The notes beneath the pieces were generated by a model, which worked only from the letters and a program-made list of their open reading frames with translations, searched no databases and was not told the origin of the DNA. Position numbers and translations under genes: made by a program. A DNA stretch of 32,802 bases, taken from Azolla caroliniana (Eukaryota > Plantae > Polypodiophyta). Shown piece by piece: positions 1-12,227 of the stretch (positions within the stretch are counted from its first letter, which is position 1; each line of letters starts with the position of its first letter). The stretch covers positions 1 through 32,802 of the forward strand of contig JBHGNT010000345.1 of assembly GCA_043228905.1 (NCBI GenBank). The letters are read 5' to 3'.

Positions 1-1433
1 GTCTGTACTTTAAAATCCATAGCCTAGATATTCAGGACTTATATACAAGAAGTTAAAACTCAGATGGCTTCACAGGACATATCATGAAACAAAAAAGGAT
101 TCTGAGAGAATAATTTCCATTGTTGTCTTCACAGAATTCATCGCCCCCTTTGAAGAATGAACTTACAGTAGAAAATCTTACAATATTAAAGTCTTTAATG
201 AATTCAACTAACAATCTTCTCTTGGTAGCAAAAGAAGAGCAGATTTATGTGCCAATAGAGGACACACAAACTCTTATACAATATTTTTACTCATTTTAAC
301 ATGGCTCTGCAAAACTCCTATGCTCAAATAACATCAGGAAACATGAGCAATATCGGCAATGAAGAAATCCAAGTCCTGTTGACAACAGCTAATATATTAT
401 GAAAGATAAGTACAAGTGGTTGAGAGGCATAAACACTTTGGAAGAAAGACGAAATATATCAATTCATTTGTCAATCATCAAAATTAATAGTGAACTCCAA
501 GTGGATGTTTTTCAGTTTTCTGGTACAATGTATTGATAGGGTGACTTTCAAGCATTAAACAGAGAGACCTCCCCTAATATGTGTTCATGAACCTCTTGGG
601 GGACCTTGTAGACAGTGTTGTATCCCTTAACCTTGTGCTTTGCTTGAGTCATATTGAATTTGATCGCAAGAATGGCATCAGCGTAGATTATTGCGATGGG
701 TGCTTCTTTTAGTAATGCATATGTGTTCTTGCACTGCGGCAACTTTGCATAATAGTTTCCATACACGACAGACTCACCAACGTTGAAATTGTTGCCCCAA
801 CCATCCCTCACCACTTCTTTCAATAATGTCTTTCCTTGCTTGCACACCACAATGTAGTAGTCTTCTAAATCTTCATTCTGAGGATATTTGAGCACTACAA
901 AATGATCTCCAACTTCCAATAAAACTGCCAAGTCTTGATTTTGGTTGTAGTATACAATATCGTTTGAATGCACATCCTCTTCAATATCATCTTGTCGTTC
1001 AGGCTCAAGCTTCTACAACTTCCAGGGCTCCACGATTGATAGGTTGATGCATTTATCCCAAGCTTCATCTAGACACATGGAACAAAAGCATGATAAACTA
1101 CGGAGTAACAATTGGGTTGTGCCCTTGCGGCTAAACCCTAACACACAATGGGTGCTGCGTGTGCCTTCCATAGTTTTACAACCATATGATTTAGTTCTAT
1201 CGACCTCATCAGCGCGAACTTCAACAAATAATCTGTTCTTACCATCATTTGACATCTTCCATGTTAGCCACTACACAACATCATGTGCATTTTGTAACTT
1301 AGCGCCATTATTATCCAACTGCTCACTTGTAAGGGCACGTTTGATCACAGCCCCCGCGCCATCATGCTCTCCTTTTCCATGTCTAGACCCGAAGTAATTC
1401 CATTGCATACGAATATTGAATAAGGAGAAATAC

Positions 1434-3271
1434 CTGCTTTGGTATCTCAGGTTTCCAACAAAATTAGTACTATGTTGTCAATTGAGAGTACTACACTTCC
1501 ATTAATACTGATTTAGTACAAATACAAAACAAAGCATAGCACAACGTATCCATTGAGAACACTCTACACTTATTAAAAGATAAATAGTACTATGTTGTCG
1601 ACCAACAGTACCTGGCATCCATTTAATACTAACTTAGTATGGATATAGCACAAAGTATAGTACAATGAGTTCATGGAAAGCACTCTACATGTATTAACAG
1701 ATAAATAGTACAAAATGTTCAATATCGGATAGTACAATACAATGTGTCCACAGAGAACACAACCCTCCTTAGAAGATCATTAGTACTACAAGACATGTAC
1801 TTTACATCCCCCAATAAACATTGATTTAGTATAGATACAACACATAGTACAATACAGTGTGTTCATGGAGAACATTGAACATTGATTAATAGATAATCAG
1901 TACCACACAGTGTGTTTAAAAGATGAGTACAATACTATGAGTACAACATGAGTAAATACTGATTTAGTACAATTCTCTTAAGGAAGGACAATACTATGAG
2001 TACAAGATGAGTACTTTACATCCTTCTATACACACAACATAGTACAAATACAGTACACAACATAGTACAATGTGTCTATGGAGAACAATTTTCATGGATA
2101 AAAAGATAATTAGTACAATTCTCTTAAGGACGGACAATACTATGAGTACAAGATGAGTACTTTACATCCTTTTGTAAACACAACATAGTACAGAACCAAC
2201 ACACAACATAGTACAATGTGTCTATGGAGAACCCTTCACATGGATTAATCGATACTTAGTACAATTCTCTTAAGGACGGACAATACTATGAGGGCTATTT
2301 GAGTACTTTACATCCTCCTGTAAACACAGCATAGTACAGAACCAACACACAACATAGTACAATGTGTCTATGGAGAACCCATCACATGGATTAATCGATA
2401 CTTAGTACAATTCTCTTAAGGACGGACAATACTATGAGTACAAGATGAGTACTTTACATCCTTTTGTAAACACAACATAGTACAGAACCAACACACAACA
2501 TAGTACAATGTGTCTATGGAAAACCCTTCACATGGATTAATCGATACTTAGTACAATTCTCTTAAGGACGGACAATACTATGCGGGCTATTTGAGTACTT
2601 TACATCCTTCTATACACACAACATAGTACAATGTGTCTATGGAGAACACTTCACATGGATAAAAAGATAATTAGTACAATTCTCTTAAGGACGGACAATA
2701 CTATGAGTACAAGATGAGTACTTTACATCCTTCTATACACACAACATAGTAAAATGTGTCTATGGAGAACACTTCACATGGATAAAAAGATAATTAGTAC
2801 AATTCTCTTAAGGACGGACAATACTATGAGTACAAGATGAGTACTTTACATCCTTCTGTAAACACAACATAGTACAGATACAACACACAACATAGTACAA
2901 TGTGTCTATGGAGAACACTTCACATGGATAAAAAGATAATTAGTACAATTCTCTTAAGGACGGACAATACTATGAGTACAAGATGAGTACTTTACATCCT
3001 TCTGTAAACACAACATAGTACAATGTGTCTATGGAGAACACTTCACATGGATTAAAAGTTACTTAGTACAACATAATACAAACAAAATTAGTATGCATGC
3101 ATCCATTCACAAGTGCAAGATTCGAATAGTTACAAACATAATTAGTATGCATCCATGTGAATAGTATTGTTTGTTAATAGTTACAAACATAATTAGTATG
3201 TATCCACTAACACAAGAATTACTTCCTTACACATTGCATGATAAGTACTAAACATATGGATTAAAAATTAC
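1434..3271 (-). other. GT-AG intron (1838 bp, phase 2) in the transposase catalytic domain
   Basis: Donor GCTAG|GTAATT at 3271 and acceptor AAAGCAG|GTAT at 1434. Splicing restores an in-frame FYFIAR-YFSLF junction between the SDG and HGKG motifs. Confidence 0.85.
1965..3070. repeat. Tandem array of 146/123-bp units (8 good units; degenerate copies extend back to ~1460)
   Basis: The anchor TAGTACAATTCTCTTAAGGA starts at 1965, 2111, 2257, 2403, 2549, 2672, 2795 and 2941, with a partial copy at 3064. Spacings are 146,146,146,146,123,123,146,123. Confidence 0.95.
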
Positions 3272-4219
3272 CTAGCGATAAAGTAGAACGATCGTGCCGC
3301 CTTAAACTGCGAGGCAGCACCATCAGACCAAACCCAATGACGGTTAAAGGTTAACCCTAGAGAAAATAAATCTGCATGGTGAAGCTTAAAACAATGTTGA
3401 ACAAATAGTGTATCATGCTTTTTATCATCTGAAATGTAAAATATTGATTTCTTATGTAACTCACCGTCTTGCCTCCAATAGCAAATATGTACAAGTATTG
3501 TACATTGATCATTGTACCAATGCATTGATTGAACCTCATTTTGAACTTTAAATATATTGTTTTCTGCAAAATCAATAACGGATACGATGACACCCGTTGG
3601 TAAGTTATTAATACATTCCTTGAACTGTGAATTTTGCCAATAACTCCGGAAGTTATGTGGAATAAACTCCCCAAGTTGTTTCTTAAATTCTGAGACAAGG
3701 GTAGCAGCACATGTCTCCTTATATACTTCCTTGATACGCTTAGTTACAACTCACTTGCCAATATTTTCAGTCACATCCTCCAAATATTTCCATTTCACGA
3801 TATGACTATTTCCCATATCAAGCTCCTGCCTACAAAATAATGGTAGCGGACAAACCTTACATGTTCTTAATAGACATGTACGACGATGCCACTCACATGA
3901 TGGTTCTTTTTCACAAACACAAGACCTCCATAACTCAAAAACGGATGCATAAGTCATGTTTCGTGCATTATACCTATTATCCTCCCCATTTGGTCTACAA
4001 ATCTCACAAGTGCAGACACATAATTCCTCGTGTATACCCTTAGAATCAATACGCATTGCATTCACTGCTAGCCTTAACATGTCCATCTTCACATGGTACA
4101 CAACAACATGTATTCCTCTCATTTAATTTTCTAACATAAAATGTTTTCAAACCTTGGAACTTGCGGAATCCAACAGTCAAGCTTGGATGTTGGTCTGTAA
4201 AGTTCATGTACAATTCAGC

Positions 4220-4311
4220 CTACATCAACCAATATATATAGCAAACATTAATATACACTTGGTCAAAACACAAAGTTATGGAATGTGAATTGATATAAAA
4301 AAATGGAATAC
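4220..4311 (-). other. GT-AG intron (92 bp) in the transposase
   Basis: Donor ACAGAG|GTATTC and acceptor GATGTAG|GCTGAA join LEMTE to AELYMNF in frame. The intron is AT-rich. Confidence 0.75.
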
Positions 4312-5142
4312 CTCTGTCATCTCCAAGAAGTGTCTAGGGTGAATCTGGTACTTACCCTGACTTATTCGTTGTCTACACACGTCCTTCTTATTTGGTGAGA
4401 CACGCGTATTTTTGGCCCAAAATGAATCCACTTTCTCAATAATCTCTTGAGATAAGGCATCACATCGTCGTCTACGTCCCGACCCCAGCCACTTGAATTT
4501 GCTTGAGTGTATATTTCGGCGATGTTTCCTCAAGTTCCTTCTTTGAATACCCAGGGCTAAGGCAACTTTAGTATCACTATATTTTTTTTCTCTCGCACCG
4601 TTCACAACCATCTGTAGGGATGCCCTCTTTGCAGCAAGTTTGTTTAAGCTCTCTACACCTTTCACTAAGTCTAGGGATGACTTCATAGACTCCACAATCT
4701 CTTCTGAAACACATTGGTCCCTAAATTTTATTCTCTCCATGTCTTCATTCAAACTTTGATGGTGTAACACTCTACAGATAATATCGATCCTCTTCACTAA
4801 ATCTCTTCGTTATTTCTACCAAATAACGGACTATGTGAAGAACCACTCGTCTCTTAGTCCTTTCAGATATGCATGAGTTACTTGACAACTCACTCTCGTT
4901 AGGAACCCCCATTCAATCACTAGATTTATCCACAAAAATTAAGTGTCTTGCGAAAGTAGTTAATGTTATATAGACTCAACCAAGAAAACACAATCAAATG
5001 TTTTTAAATGTGACCTGCAAAGTGAGAAATATTTTGTTTCAAACATTAGAATTACATATCAAATATGACAAATGTCAATTCTAAAAATTTAGTACTGAAA
5101 TATGAAGAAATGAAACATTTTAGTACTGAAAATAAAAAAATG

Positions 5143-5340
5143 GATGGAAGGAACCTCGAATGGTGGAGGGAGCGTTGGATATGCCGCCTCGATTTGGTGG
5201 AAGGAACCTCCAATGGTGGAGGGAGCGTGGATATGCAGCCTCGATTTGGTGGAAGGAACCTCCAATGGTGGAGGGAGCGTTGGATATGCCGCCTCGATTT
5301 GGTGGAAGGAACCTCCAATGCCGCCTCGATTTGGTGGAAA
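5143..5340. repeat. 53-bp tandem repeat (~3.5 copies) upstream of the transposase
   Basis: The unit GGAAGGAACCTCCAATGGTGGAGGGAGCGTTGGATATGCCGCCTCGATTTGGT starts at 5146, 5199, 5251 and 5304 (last copy internally deleted). Confidence 0.95.
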
Positions 5341-5874
5341 AAGCCCCAAATCACCACGACATCAACTGCAATCGGTGGAAGTAAGAAAGTCGTTGTCGAA
5401 GAAGTGACTATTGGCTGCTACCTAAACCCTCAGAACAGTCTCTGTACCTCAACCTCAACCTAACAAAAACAGAAACCCTAAAAAAATCAGAAATCCTCAA
5501 CTCAAACTCTCCAACCAGACATGGATGTCTGAGATTTAGATTGAAGGAAAATCAGAACCGTGACATGGATGTCTGTGATGAAAACCTCAGAGGGATAGAG
5601 GAAGAGCAGTATGAGGGGAATCGCCAAAACGACGTGAGGGGAAGCGCCAAAATCGACATGAGGGGAAAATAGCCCCCAAAATGGAAGAACATCTCCTCAC
5701 ATGTTCCCCCCACTCCTTCTACAGTAAATGACACTTGTACTACAGTCACCCACTCTCCAAAATCGATTTTCTTTTTCTCTAATTTTTTTTCTGAATTATT
5801 CAGTACTAACAGTATTGAAAGTACTGACAATTTTTGTGGCCAAAAACAGTACTTTTCTGGTACACCGTAGCGTG

Positions 5875-8858
5875 CTTCGACCCTGCAAGTTGTTGTTGAA
5901 GGATGTCCGACACGTTCCGGAGGTTCCTCTGAACCTGATATCAGCCGGTCGGCTAGATGATGAAGGCTACACGGGTAGCATCCGGAACGGTGTCATGAAG
6001 TTCAACAAAGGGAGCCTGATTGTGGCCCGGTCCGGAAGGTCAACACATTGTACCTGATGAATGCCCGGTCATGTCCGGAAGAAGTGAACGTGGCATCCGA
6101 CATTGCCGGTGAGCTGTGGCACAAGAGGTTGTGTCATATGAGCGAGAAGGGGATGAAGAGGCTTGCAGACAACAACCTCATTCCAGTGAAGAACGTGCAC
6201 TTGGAGAAGTGCACTGATTGTCTGTCCTATAAGCAAAACCGGACCTCCTTCCGACCAAGGCCACCGATGAGACGTAATGCACCACTAGAGTTGGTGCATA
6301 CGGATGTGTGTCAAGTAGACACGAAGTCACATGCCGGAGCGCAGTACTTCGTGACATTCATAGATGACCACAGCCGGAAGCTGTGGGCCACACCGTTGAA
6401 GATGAAGGATCAGGTGTTATCCGTCTTCAAAGAGCTCCACGCGAGAGTGGAAAGAGAAACCGACCGGAAGCTGAAGGTGGTTCGAGCAGATAACGGAGGA
6501 GAATACCAGGGGCAGTCCGAGGAGTACTGCCTCTCGAAGGGAATCCGGCTCGAATTTACCATGCCGAAGACGCCGGAACTAAACGGACTGGCCGAGAGGA
6601 TGAACCGGACCATAATGGAGAGCGTCCGGAGTATGCTAGCGCATGCAAAACTACCCAAGAAGTTTTGGGCTGAGGCATTGTCGACGGCGACATATGTGAT
6701 AAATAGATCACCCTCAGTACCCTTGGACGGAGACACGCCACAGAGAGTGTGGACCGGTAAGGAAGTTTCCTATCGGCATCTGAAGTTGTTCGGGTTTCTC
6801 ACGTACGTGCATGTAGCTAAGGACGGGATAGGAAAGTTAGATCCAAAGACCCGGCCATGCATATTCCTCGATTACAGTGACGATGAGTTCGGCTACCGAG
6901 TGTGGGACCTGGTCGACAAGAAGGTATTCCAGAGTCGAGATATTATCTTCATGGAGGACAAGACGCTCGCCGACTGGGAGTCGGAGAAGAAGATAATGAA
7001 CTCCGAGTCGACCGGTAAGGATCGACTCTACGATGAGCAGACCCAACCGGCAAGAGACCATTTAGCACTCGAGGGACCAGCCGGTTATGGTGAGGATACC
7101 GAACAGGCTGAAGAAGAAGTAGTGGAAGCTGAAACCGAAACCGGCCAAGACCCCGAATCGGATTCGGATGAAGAGCAAATGGAGAAGCCGGTTACCGAAG
7201 CCCGAAGACGGAGATATCCTCTCAGAGAGAGAAGGGCGCCCCGGAGATTTCCGGATGCAGAGCATGTTCTGCTGACCGATGAGGGGGAGCCGGAAAGCTT
7301 CGAAGAAGCGAAGGATGACACCCACAGCCGCAAATGGTTAAGTGCCATGCAGGATGAGATGGATTCCCTGCATGAGAACCATACGTACAAATTGGTGGAG
7401 TTGCCGAAAGGAAAGCGGGCACTCCGAAACAAGTGGGTGTACAAGTTGAAACCGGGAGATGCCGGCAACCCCCCGAGATACAAAGCCAGGATCGTGGTGA
7501 AGGGGTTCCAACAGAAGAAGGGCGTGGACTTCGACGAGATATTTGCCCCGGTAGTAAAGATGACCTCCATCCGGACGGTGCTGAGTATAGCGGCAAGCAT
7601 GGACCTCGAGGTAGAACAGCTGGACGTGAAGACGACATTCCTTCACGGCAACCTCGAAGAGGAGATCTACATGCAGCAACCAGAGGGATTTGTGGAGAAA
7701 GGGAAGGAGCACCTGGTATTCTGGCTGAAGAAGAGCATGTACAGACTAAAGCAGGCTCCCCGACAATGGTACCGGAAGTTCGATTCCTTCATGACCGATC
7801 AAGGGTACCACAAGACGCAAGCCGATCACTGCGTGTTTGTGAAGAAGTTCGAAGGAGGCGACTTCCTGATACTCCTTCTGTACGTGGACGACATGTTGAT
7901 CGTCGGACGAGATCAAGCCAAAATATGGATGCTGAAGAAGGCTCTCAACCAGACCTTCTCAATGAAAGACTTGGGTTCAGCAAGACAAATGCTGGGGATG
8001 CATATTATTCGGAACCGGTCAATGAAGCAATTATGGCTGTCACAAGAGAAGTACGTGACAAAGGTGCTTCAGCGGTTCAACATGTCAGATGCGAAACCGG
8101 TCGGATCGACACTTCCGGCAAACTGCAGGCTATCCGGTAAGCATAGCCCGAAGACGAAAGCAGAGAAGGCGGATATGATGAATATTCCATATGCCTCTGC
8201 CGTCGGGAGCTTGATGTACGCAATGGTGTGTACCCGACCGGATATAGGATACGCAGTCGGAGTGGTGAGCCGGTTTATGAGCAATCCCGGCAAGGAGCAC
8301 TAGAACGCAGTCAAATGGATACTCCGGTATTTGAAGGGCACTTCAAATATGTGTCTCCGATTCGGCTCTGGAAAACCTCAACTTGACGGTTTCACCGATT
8401 CAGACATGTCGGCTGATGTGGATACCAGCCGGTTTACATCCGGGTATGTAATGACATAAGCAGGGGGAGCTGTCTCGTGGCAGTCGAGGCTGCAGAAGAC
8501 GGTTGCATTGTCAACCACGGAGGCGGAGTACATGGCGGCTGTGGAAGCCGGCAAGGAAATATTATGGATGAAGGACTTCATCGGAGAGCTCGGTATCCTG
8601 CAAGATGAATACCGACTCTATTGCGACAGTCAAAGTGCCATCCATCTTGCTAAGAATGCGGCCTACCATTCCCGGACGAAGCATATCCAGCGAAGATATC
8701 ACTGGATCCGGGAAAGAGTAGATGACCAGGAGTTCGCACTAACGAAGATCCACACGGCCGAGAACGGGTCAGATATGCTGACCAAAGTGCTGATACCCGA
8801 CAAGCTGGATGCATGCCGGAAGAGGATCGGACTAGTAAGACACCCCATGCCGGAGTGA
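5875..8858 (+). pseudogene. pol: Copia pol (integrase, reverse transcriptase, RNase H) with a frameshift near 6030 and stops at 8301 and 8458
   Basis: Motifs LKDVRHVP, LWHKRLCH, HTDVC/TFIDD/ADNGGEY/NGLAER, GKLDPK, KARIVVKGF, LYVDDML, STTEAEY, RTKHI and SDMLTK. Confidence 0.95.
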
Positions 8859-8866
8859 AGGGGGAG
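8857..8866 (+). other. Polypurine tract of Copia-1
   Basis: GAAGGGGGAG lies 2 nt before the LTR TG. Confidence 0.85.
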
Positions 8867-8868
8867 TT

Positions 8869-9710
8869 TGTTGGGAGACAGGTCCCTCCGGATGGGAAGG
8901 GAGAAGAACAAGGTCGGAACCGGATGAGGAGTACCCGGCTACGGAGAGCCGGATGGTGCAGACCCGATGAGGAGTGCTCACCGGATGAAGAGACATATTC
9001 GTAAATATGTTTCTGAGAGTCCATCTTGGCTATATTTGTAAATAGCCGAAAAGTCATATTAGTATAAATATGACTTAGGGCAAACTTTTAGATGTTGTTG
9101 TCATTTTCTTGTTGGTGTAAGGAGAGAGAGAGCGCGTAACTGTGTACAGAGAGAGAGAGAGAGGGAGAGAGAGGTCGTTGCCTCTGTTGTAACCGCCGCC
9201 TGTGGCGAGGATCATGAGCACGAGGTCGTTGCCTCCGTGAACTCATTGTTGTACATTCTAACATAATGATAGTTTGCAGCCTGTGGGCTGCCGTGGTTTT
9301 TCCCTTAGTTTGGGTTTTCCACGTAAACATCCTGTGTACTCTTCTTCTTCTTCGTGTCGTGCTTTATTTCCCGTTTCTGTGTATGATTCTAAGCTCGGTT
9401 GTGGTCGAGCGTTGCGTATAGGGAGCGTGCAGTTCCTGTCACGAAGTGCTCGTGAGCCCAAGCTTCGTTGGTTGATGTTGGTCCGCCCCGTTTGTCGTTG
9501 TGAGCCCGTGTGCTCGCCATTCGGGTGATTGTGGTTCGTTGGGGTTGGCATTTTGGTGGTGCTCGTGTGTTCATCTTCATCATGGTTGGTTTTGCTCTTT
9601 TCTCTAAGGGCATTTAGTATTTATGTTTTGATTAAGTCGGTGGTTAGCTAGAAGTTGCTATTGTAATCAAACCCTATTTATAAAGGGGCCTCTTACGTTG
9701 GAATCTAACA
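8869..9710 (+). repeat. 3' LTR of Copia-1 (~842 bp)
   Basis: Starts TGTT after the PPT and ends AACA. Contains TATAAAT at ~9064 and a (GA)n tract at 9122-9172. The right end is inferred from the terminal inverted match because the partner LTR is outside the window. Confidence 0.75.
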
Positions 9711-10482
9711 CGTATTTACTCCTTTGGTCAATATCATTCGTGTTTGTGTTATCGTCCCCTTGGATTCATAAAGAGGATTCGTAGAGAGAGTTCGTAGAGT
9801 GGGTTCGAAGAGAAGATTCGTAGAGAGAGTTCGTAGAGTGGGTTCGCAGAGAGGATTCGTAGAGAGAGTTCGTAGAGTGAAGATTCGTAGAGTGTTTGAA
9901 GAGGATATTCGTACAGTGGGTTTGTAGAGAGGATTCATAGAGAGAGTTCGTTGAGAGAGTTCTAGAGTGAAGATTTGTATAGTGAGGATTCGTAGAGTGA
10001 AGATTCACAGAGAGGATTCGTAAAGAGAGTTCGTAGAGTGAAGATTCGTAGAATGAAGATTCGTAGAGTGCAAATTCGTAGAGTGAAGATTCGTAGAGTG
10101 AAGATTCGTAGAGTGAAGATTCGTAGTAGAGTGAGGATTCGTAGATTCGTAGAGGGAGGATTCGTAGAGTGAAGATTCGTAGAGTGAGGATTTGTAGACT
10201 GAAGATTCGTAGTGTGAGCATTCGTAGAGTGAAGATTCGTAGAGTGAGGATTCGTAGAGTGAGGATTCGTAGAGTGAAGATTCGTAGAGTGAAGATTCGT
10301 AGAGTAAGGATTTGTAGAGTGAAGATTCGTAGAGAGGATTCGTAGAGTGGGTTTGAAGAGTGCTTTATATTTATAAGATTTAAAATAAATAATTAATTAA
10401 TTATTTATCCCTTGAGTACTCCCTAGTCCAAGACCCCCTGTGGTCCCACCCAAGTAACACACGCACGCGAAACTTCACGACA
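9711..10482 (+). repeat. 3' part of a gypsy-type LTR (3' or solo LTR) related to the LTRs at 26187 and 31297
   Basis: The end GACCCCCTGTGGTCCCACC...CACGCACGCGAAACTTCACGACA resembles GACCCCCGAGGTCCCGCC...CACGCATCCGCGAGGAATACC(T/A)CGACA. Copia RT sequence resumes at 10483 and no PBS follows. Confidence 0.65.
9770..10357. repeat. 15-bp minisatellite (GAAGATTCGTAGAGT and variants)
   Basis: Dozens of ATTCGTAGAG cores with 11-, 13- and 15-bp spacing variants. It is most homogeneous at 10030-10335. Confidence 0.95.
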
Positions 10483-12227
10483 CCGGATGAACAACGACGA
10501 GTTGGATTTAGAGGTCACAAACCCCATCTCACGCAATCGGTGCGTGATCTTCGCATTCCAAGCTCAGGGGACTTGTTTCAAACCGTAAAGCAACTTCTTA
10601 AGCCGGCACACCGCCGACTTCTTCATCTTTGACTGAAAACCGAGAGGTTGGATCATATAGACCCGTTCTTCAAGGTCACCTTGAACAAACGCATTCTTCA
10701 CGTCCATCTGGTGAAGATGCCACCCCCTTGCCGCAGCAACCGCTAGTACCACATGAATCGTCATCATCTTCGCTACCTTGTTCTTGAAGCCTCCGATAAT
10801 TGACGTGGCCAATTCGCTTGTGCCACAGGTCAATGTCTGATTCGACCTTCTGCCCTTTCGCAAACATAGTGGGGCCGACATCATTAATGTTGAGGATGAA
10901 CATCCTCCCAACTCTGCGCCCTTGCGCAATTATCCGCACCTGCATTCCCTGGTCGATGATTTGCCCAACTGACACTAGGTTCTTTGTGATAGTCGGAACG
11001 TGTAGTACGTTCATCAGCTTCCCCTTTTGTCCGACATGGCTTAAAGGGACTTCTCCGACATGCACAATCGAGTGAGGAGTGTCGTCTCCGGATTTGACAA
11101 TCCTCGGTTGTTCTAGTTTCTCCAAATAAGTGAACCACTCTTCACGGCTCTTCATGTGGTTGTGCTTCATCTCGAAGGCTAGCCCTTTACCGGTTTTCTT
11201 GGTTACGGATCCTTCCGATCCTTCCGCGTAGTGCAAGCTTTGCCGGTTCTCCCGACCGGTTTTGCCGGATCCGGATTTGTTCGAATCGGCGCGCTTGTTC
11301 CAGCACTCGTTTTCCTTGTGGCCCTTTTTGCCACAGTACCAGCATTCCGTGTCGGCCTTTCCTTGCTGCTTCCCGAAGCCGCTTTGACTCCCCCTGCTTG
11401 TGGAAGGCCCGGAACTGCTGTCAGCACAACCTCTGTGCCTCTGGTCCTACTCTTGTCGGCCGCCTCCATTGCGTGCTAGCCCACCTCGTCCACCACGTCC
11501 ATGGGGCCGATCTGTCTCTGTGAACAATATCCGTTCGTCCGATTGAGTGGTCCTTGACCTACTCACATGGTTCTCTTCGACCATCAACATCGATTGCAAG
11601 TCGAAGAAGGACGGTGGTTTCTCCCGAGTGCAGATCGCTATCCGGATTGGCCTGTACCTTTGCGCTAGACCACCGAGGCAGATTTGTACCATCTCATCTT
11701 CATCCACCGTCACGTTAATGGACCCGAGTGCGTCACAAATCTCCTTTATCTTGGTGGTGTAGTCCGTAACCGACATGTCTCTTTCCCGGATGTTGTTCAG
11801 TTCTTGCCCGAGCTGCAACTTACGAGCTGTGGTACTTGCGGTGAAAATCTTCCGTAGATTTTCCCAAGCCCCCTTCGATGTCTTTGCATCCTTGATGTAG
11901 CTGAGCATTTGGTCATGCACACCGGACACGAGACAGTACAGTACCCGACTCTCTCCTTGCTCCCATACCGGGAAGTCTTTGTGTGACAGCTCCGGTGCTA
12001 CTTCATTTGTTCCTTCCACGAAGCTCCAATATCCATGCCCCAGCAGGTACTAGTGCATTTTATATGACCAGGATGCATAGTTGCTCCGGTCGAGCTTCTT
12101 TGTTGGAAGTGAACTCACCATTCCTTTGTCCATATCTTCTCTCTATTTGTTGTTACCGGGTTCTAAGGTTCGTCTACAGAAGCAAATGTCGGCTACAAAG
12201 GTTCTCAACCCTCGCGCTCTGATACCA
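10483..12227 (-). mobile_element. Copia-2a: internally deleted Ty1/copia internal region (gag, PR, GAG-pre-IN fused to an RT fragment)
   Basis: Gag starts ~12133 (KLDRSNYASW...ARKLQL) and has a zinc knuckle CWYCGKKGHKENEC at ~11300-11350. VLHVPTITKNLVSV and LWHKRIGH follow, then a direct jump to HQMDVKNAF...LYGLKQ. The integrase core is absent. Confidence 0.88.
12215..12227 (-). other. Primer binding site, tRNA-iMet
   Basis: TGGTATCAGAGCG on the minus strand directly after the LTR CA. Confidence 0.9.

Larger units (their letters stand above)
548..4797 (-). pseudogene. Transposase pseudogene, Sola2-like motif set; exons approx. 4797-4312, 4219-3272 and 1433-548
   Basis: Manual translation of the joined exons gives RVSPNKKDV...HFLEMTE|AELYMNF...FYVRKLNERNTCCC, then Cys-rich CxxC motifs, VIDFAENNIFKVQNEVQSMHW...YISDDKKHD...WSDGAASQFK...AR|YFSLFNIRMQWNYFGSRHGKGEHDGAGAVIKR and a C-terminal RSLSCFCSMC. 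Several stops and frameshifts are present. The superfamily label comes from motif recall, not a search. Confidence 0.75.
1..5874 (-). mobile_element. Intron-containing cut-and-paste DNA transposon, partial (other end lies beyond the left window edge)
   Basis: Contains a spliced DDD/E transposase pseudogene and AT-rich subterminal DNA. It ends abruptly at 5874 (minus strand begins CACGCTACGGTGTACCAGAAAAGTACT), where GC-richer copia pol sequence resumes mid-domain. Confidence 0.75.
5875..9710 (+). mobile_element. Ty1/copia LTR retrotransposon (Copia-1, Tnt1/Tork-like), 3' portion
   Basis: Domain order is PR end, GAG-pre-IN, IN, RT, RH, followed by a PPT and a TG...CA LTR. The 5' part is displaced by the DNA transposon. 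Confidence 0.92.

Noticed and set aside
1-547. Possible degraded plus-strand second gene of the DNA transposon
   Set aside because: No ORF of useful length or recognisable motif, so it cannot be supported from this window.
1965-3070. CRISPR-like periodic array
   Set aside because: Whole units are repeated with no unique spacers, no cas genes are present, and the context is a eukaryotic intron.
5052-5463. Five overlapping short ORFs
   Set aside because: Produced by the 53-bp tandem repeat, with no domain signal.
7062-8293. Antisense and alternate-frame ORFs over pol (also 27100-30300)
   Set aside because: Shadow ORFs of GC-rich coding DNA without recognisable motifs.
9705-10221. LYESS-repeat proteins in the ORF track
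   Set aside because: Artefacts of translating the 15-bp minisatellite.
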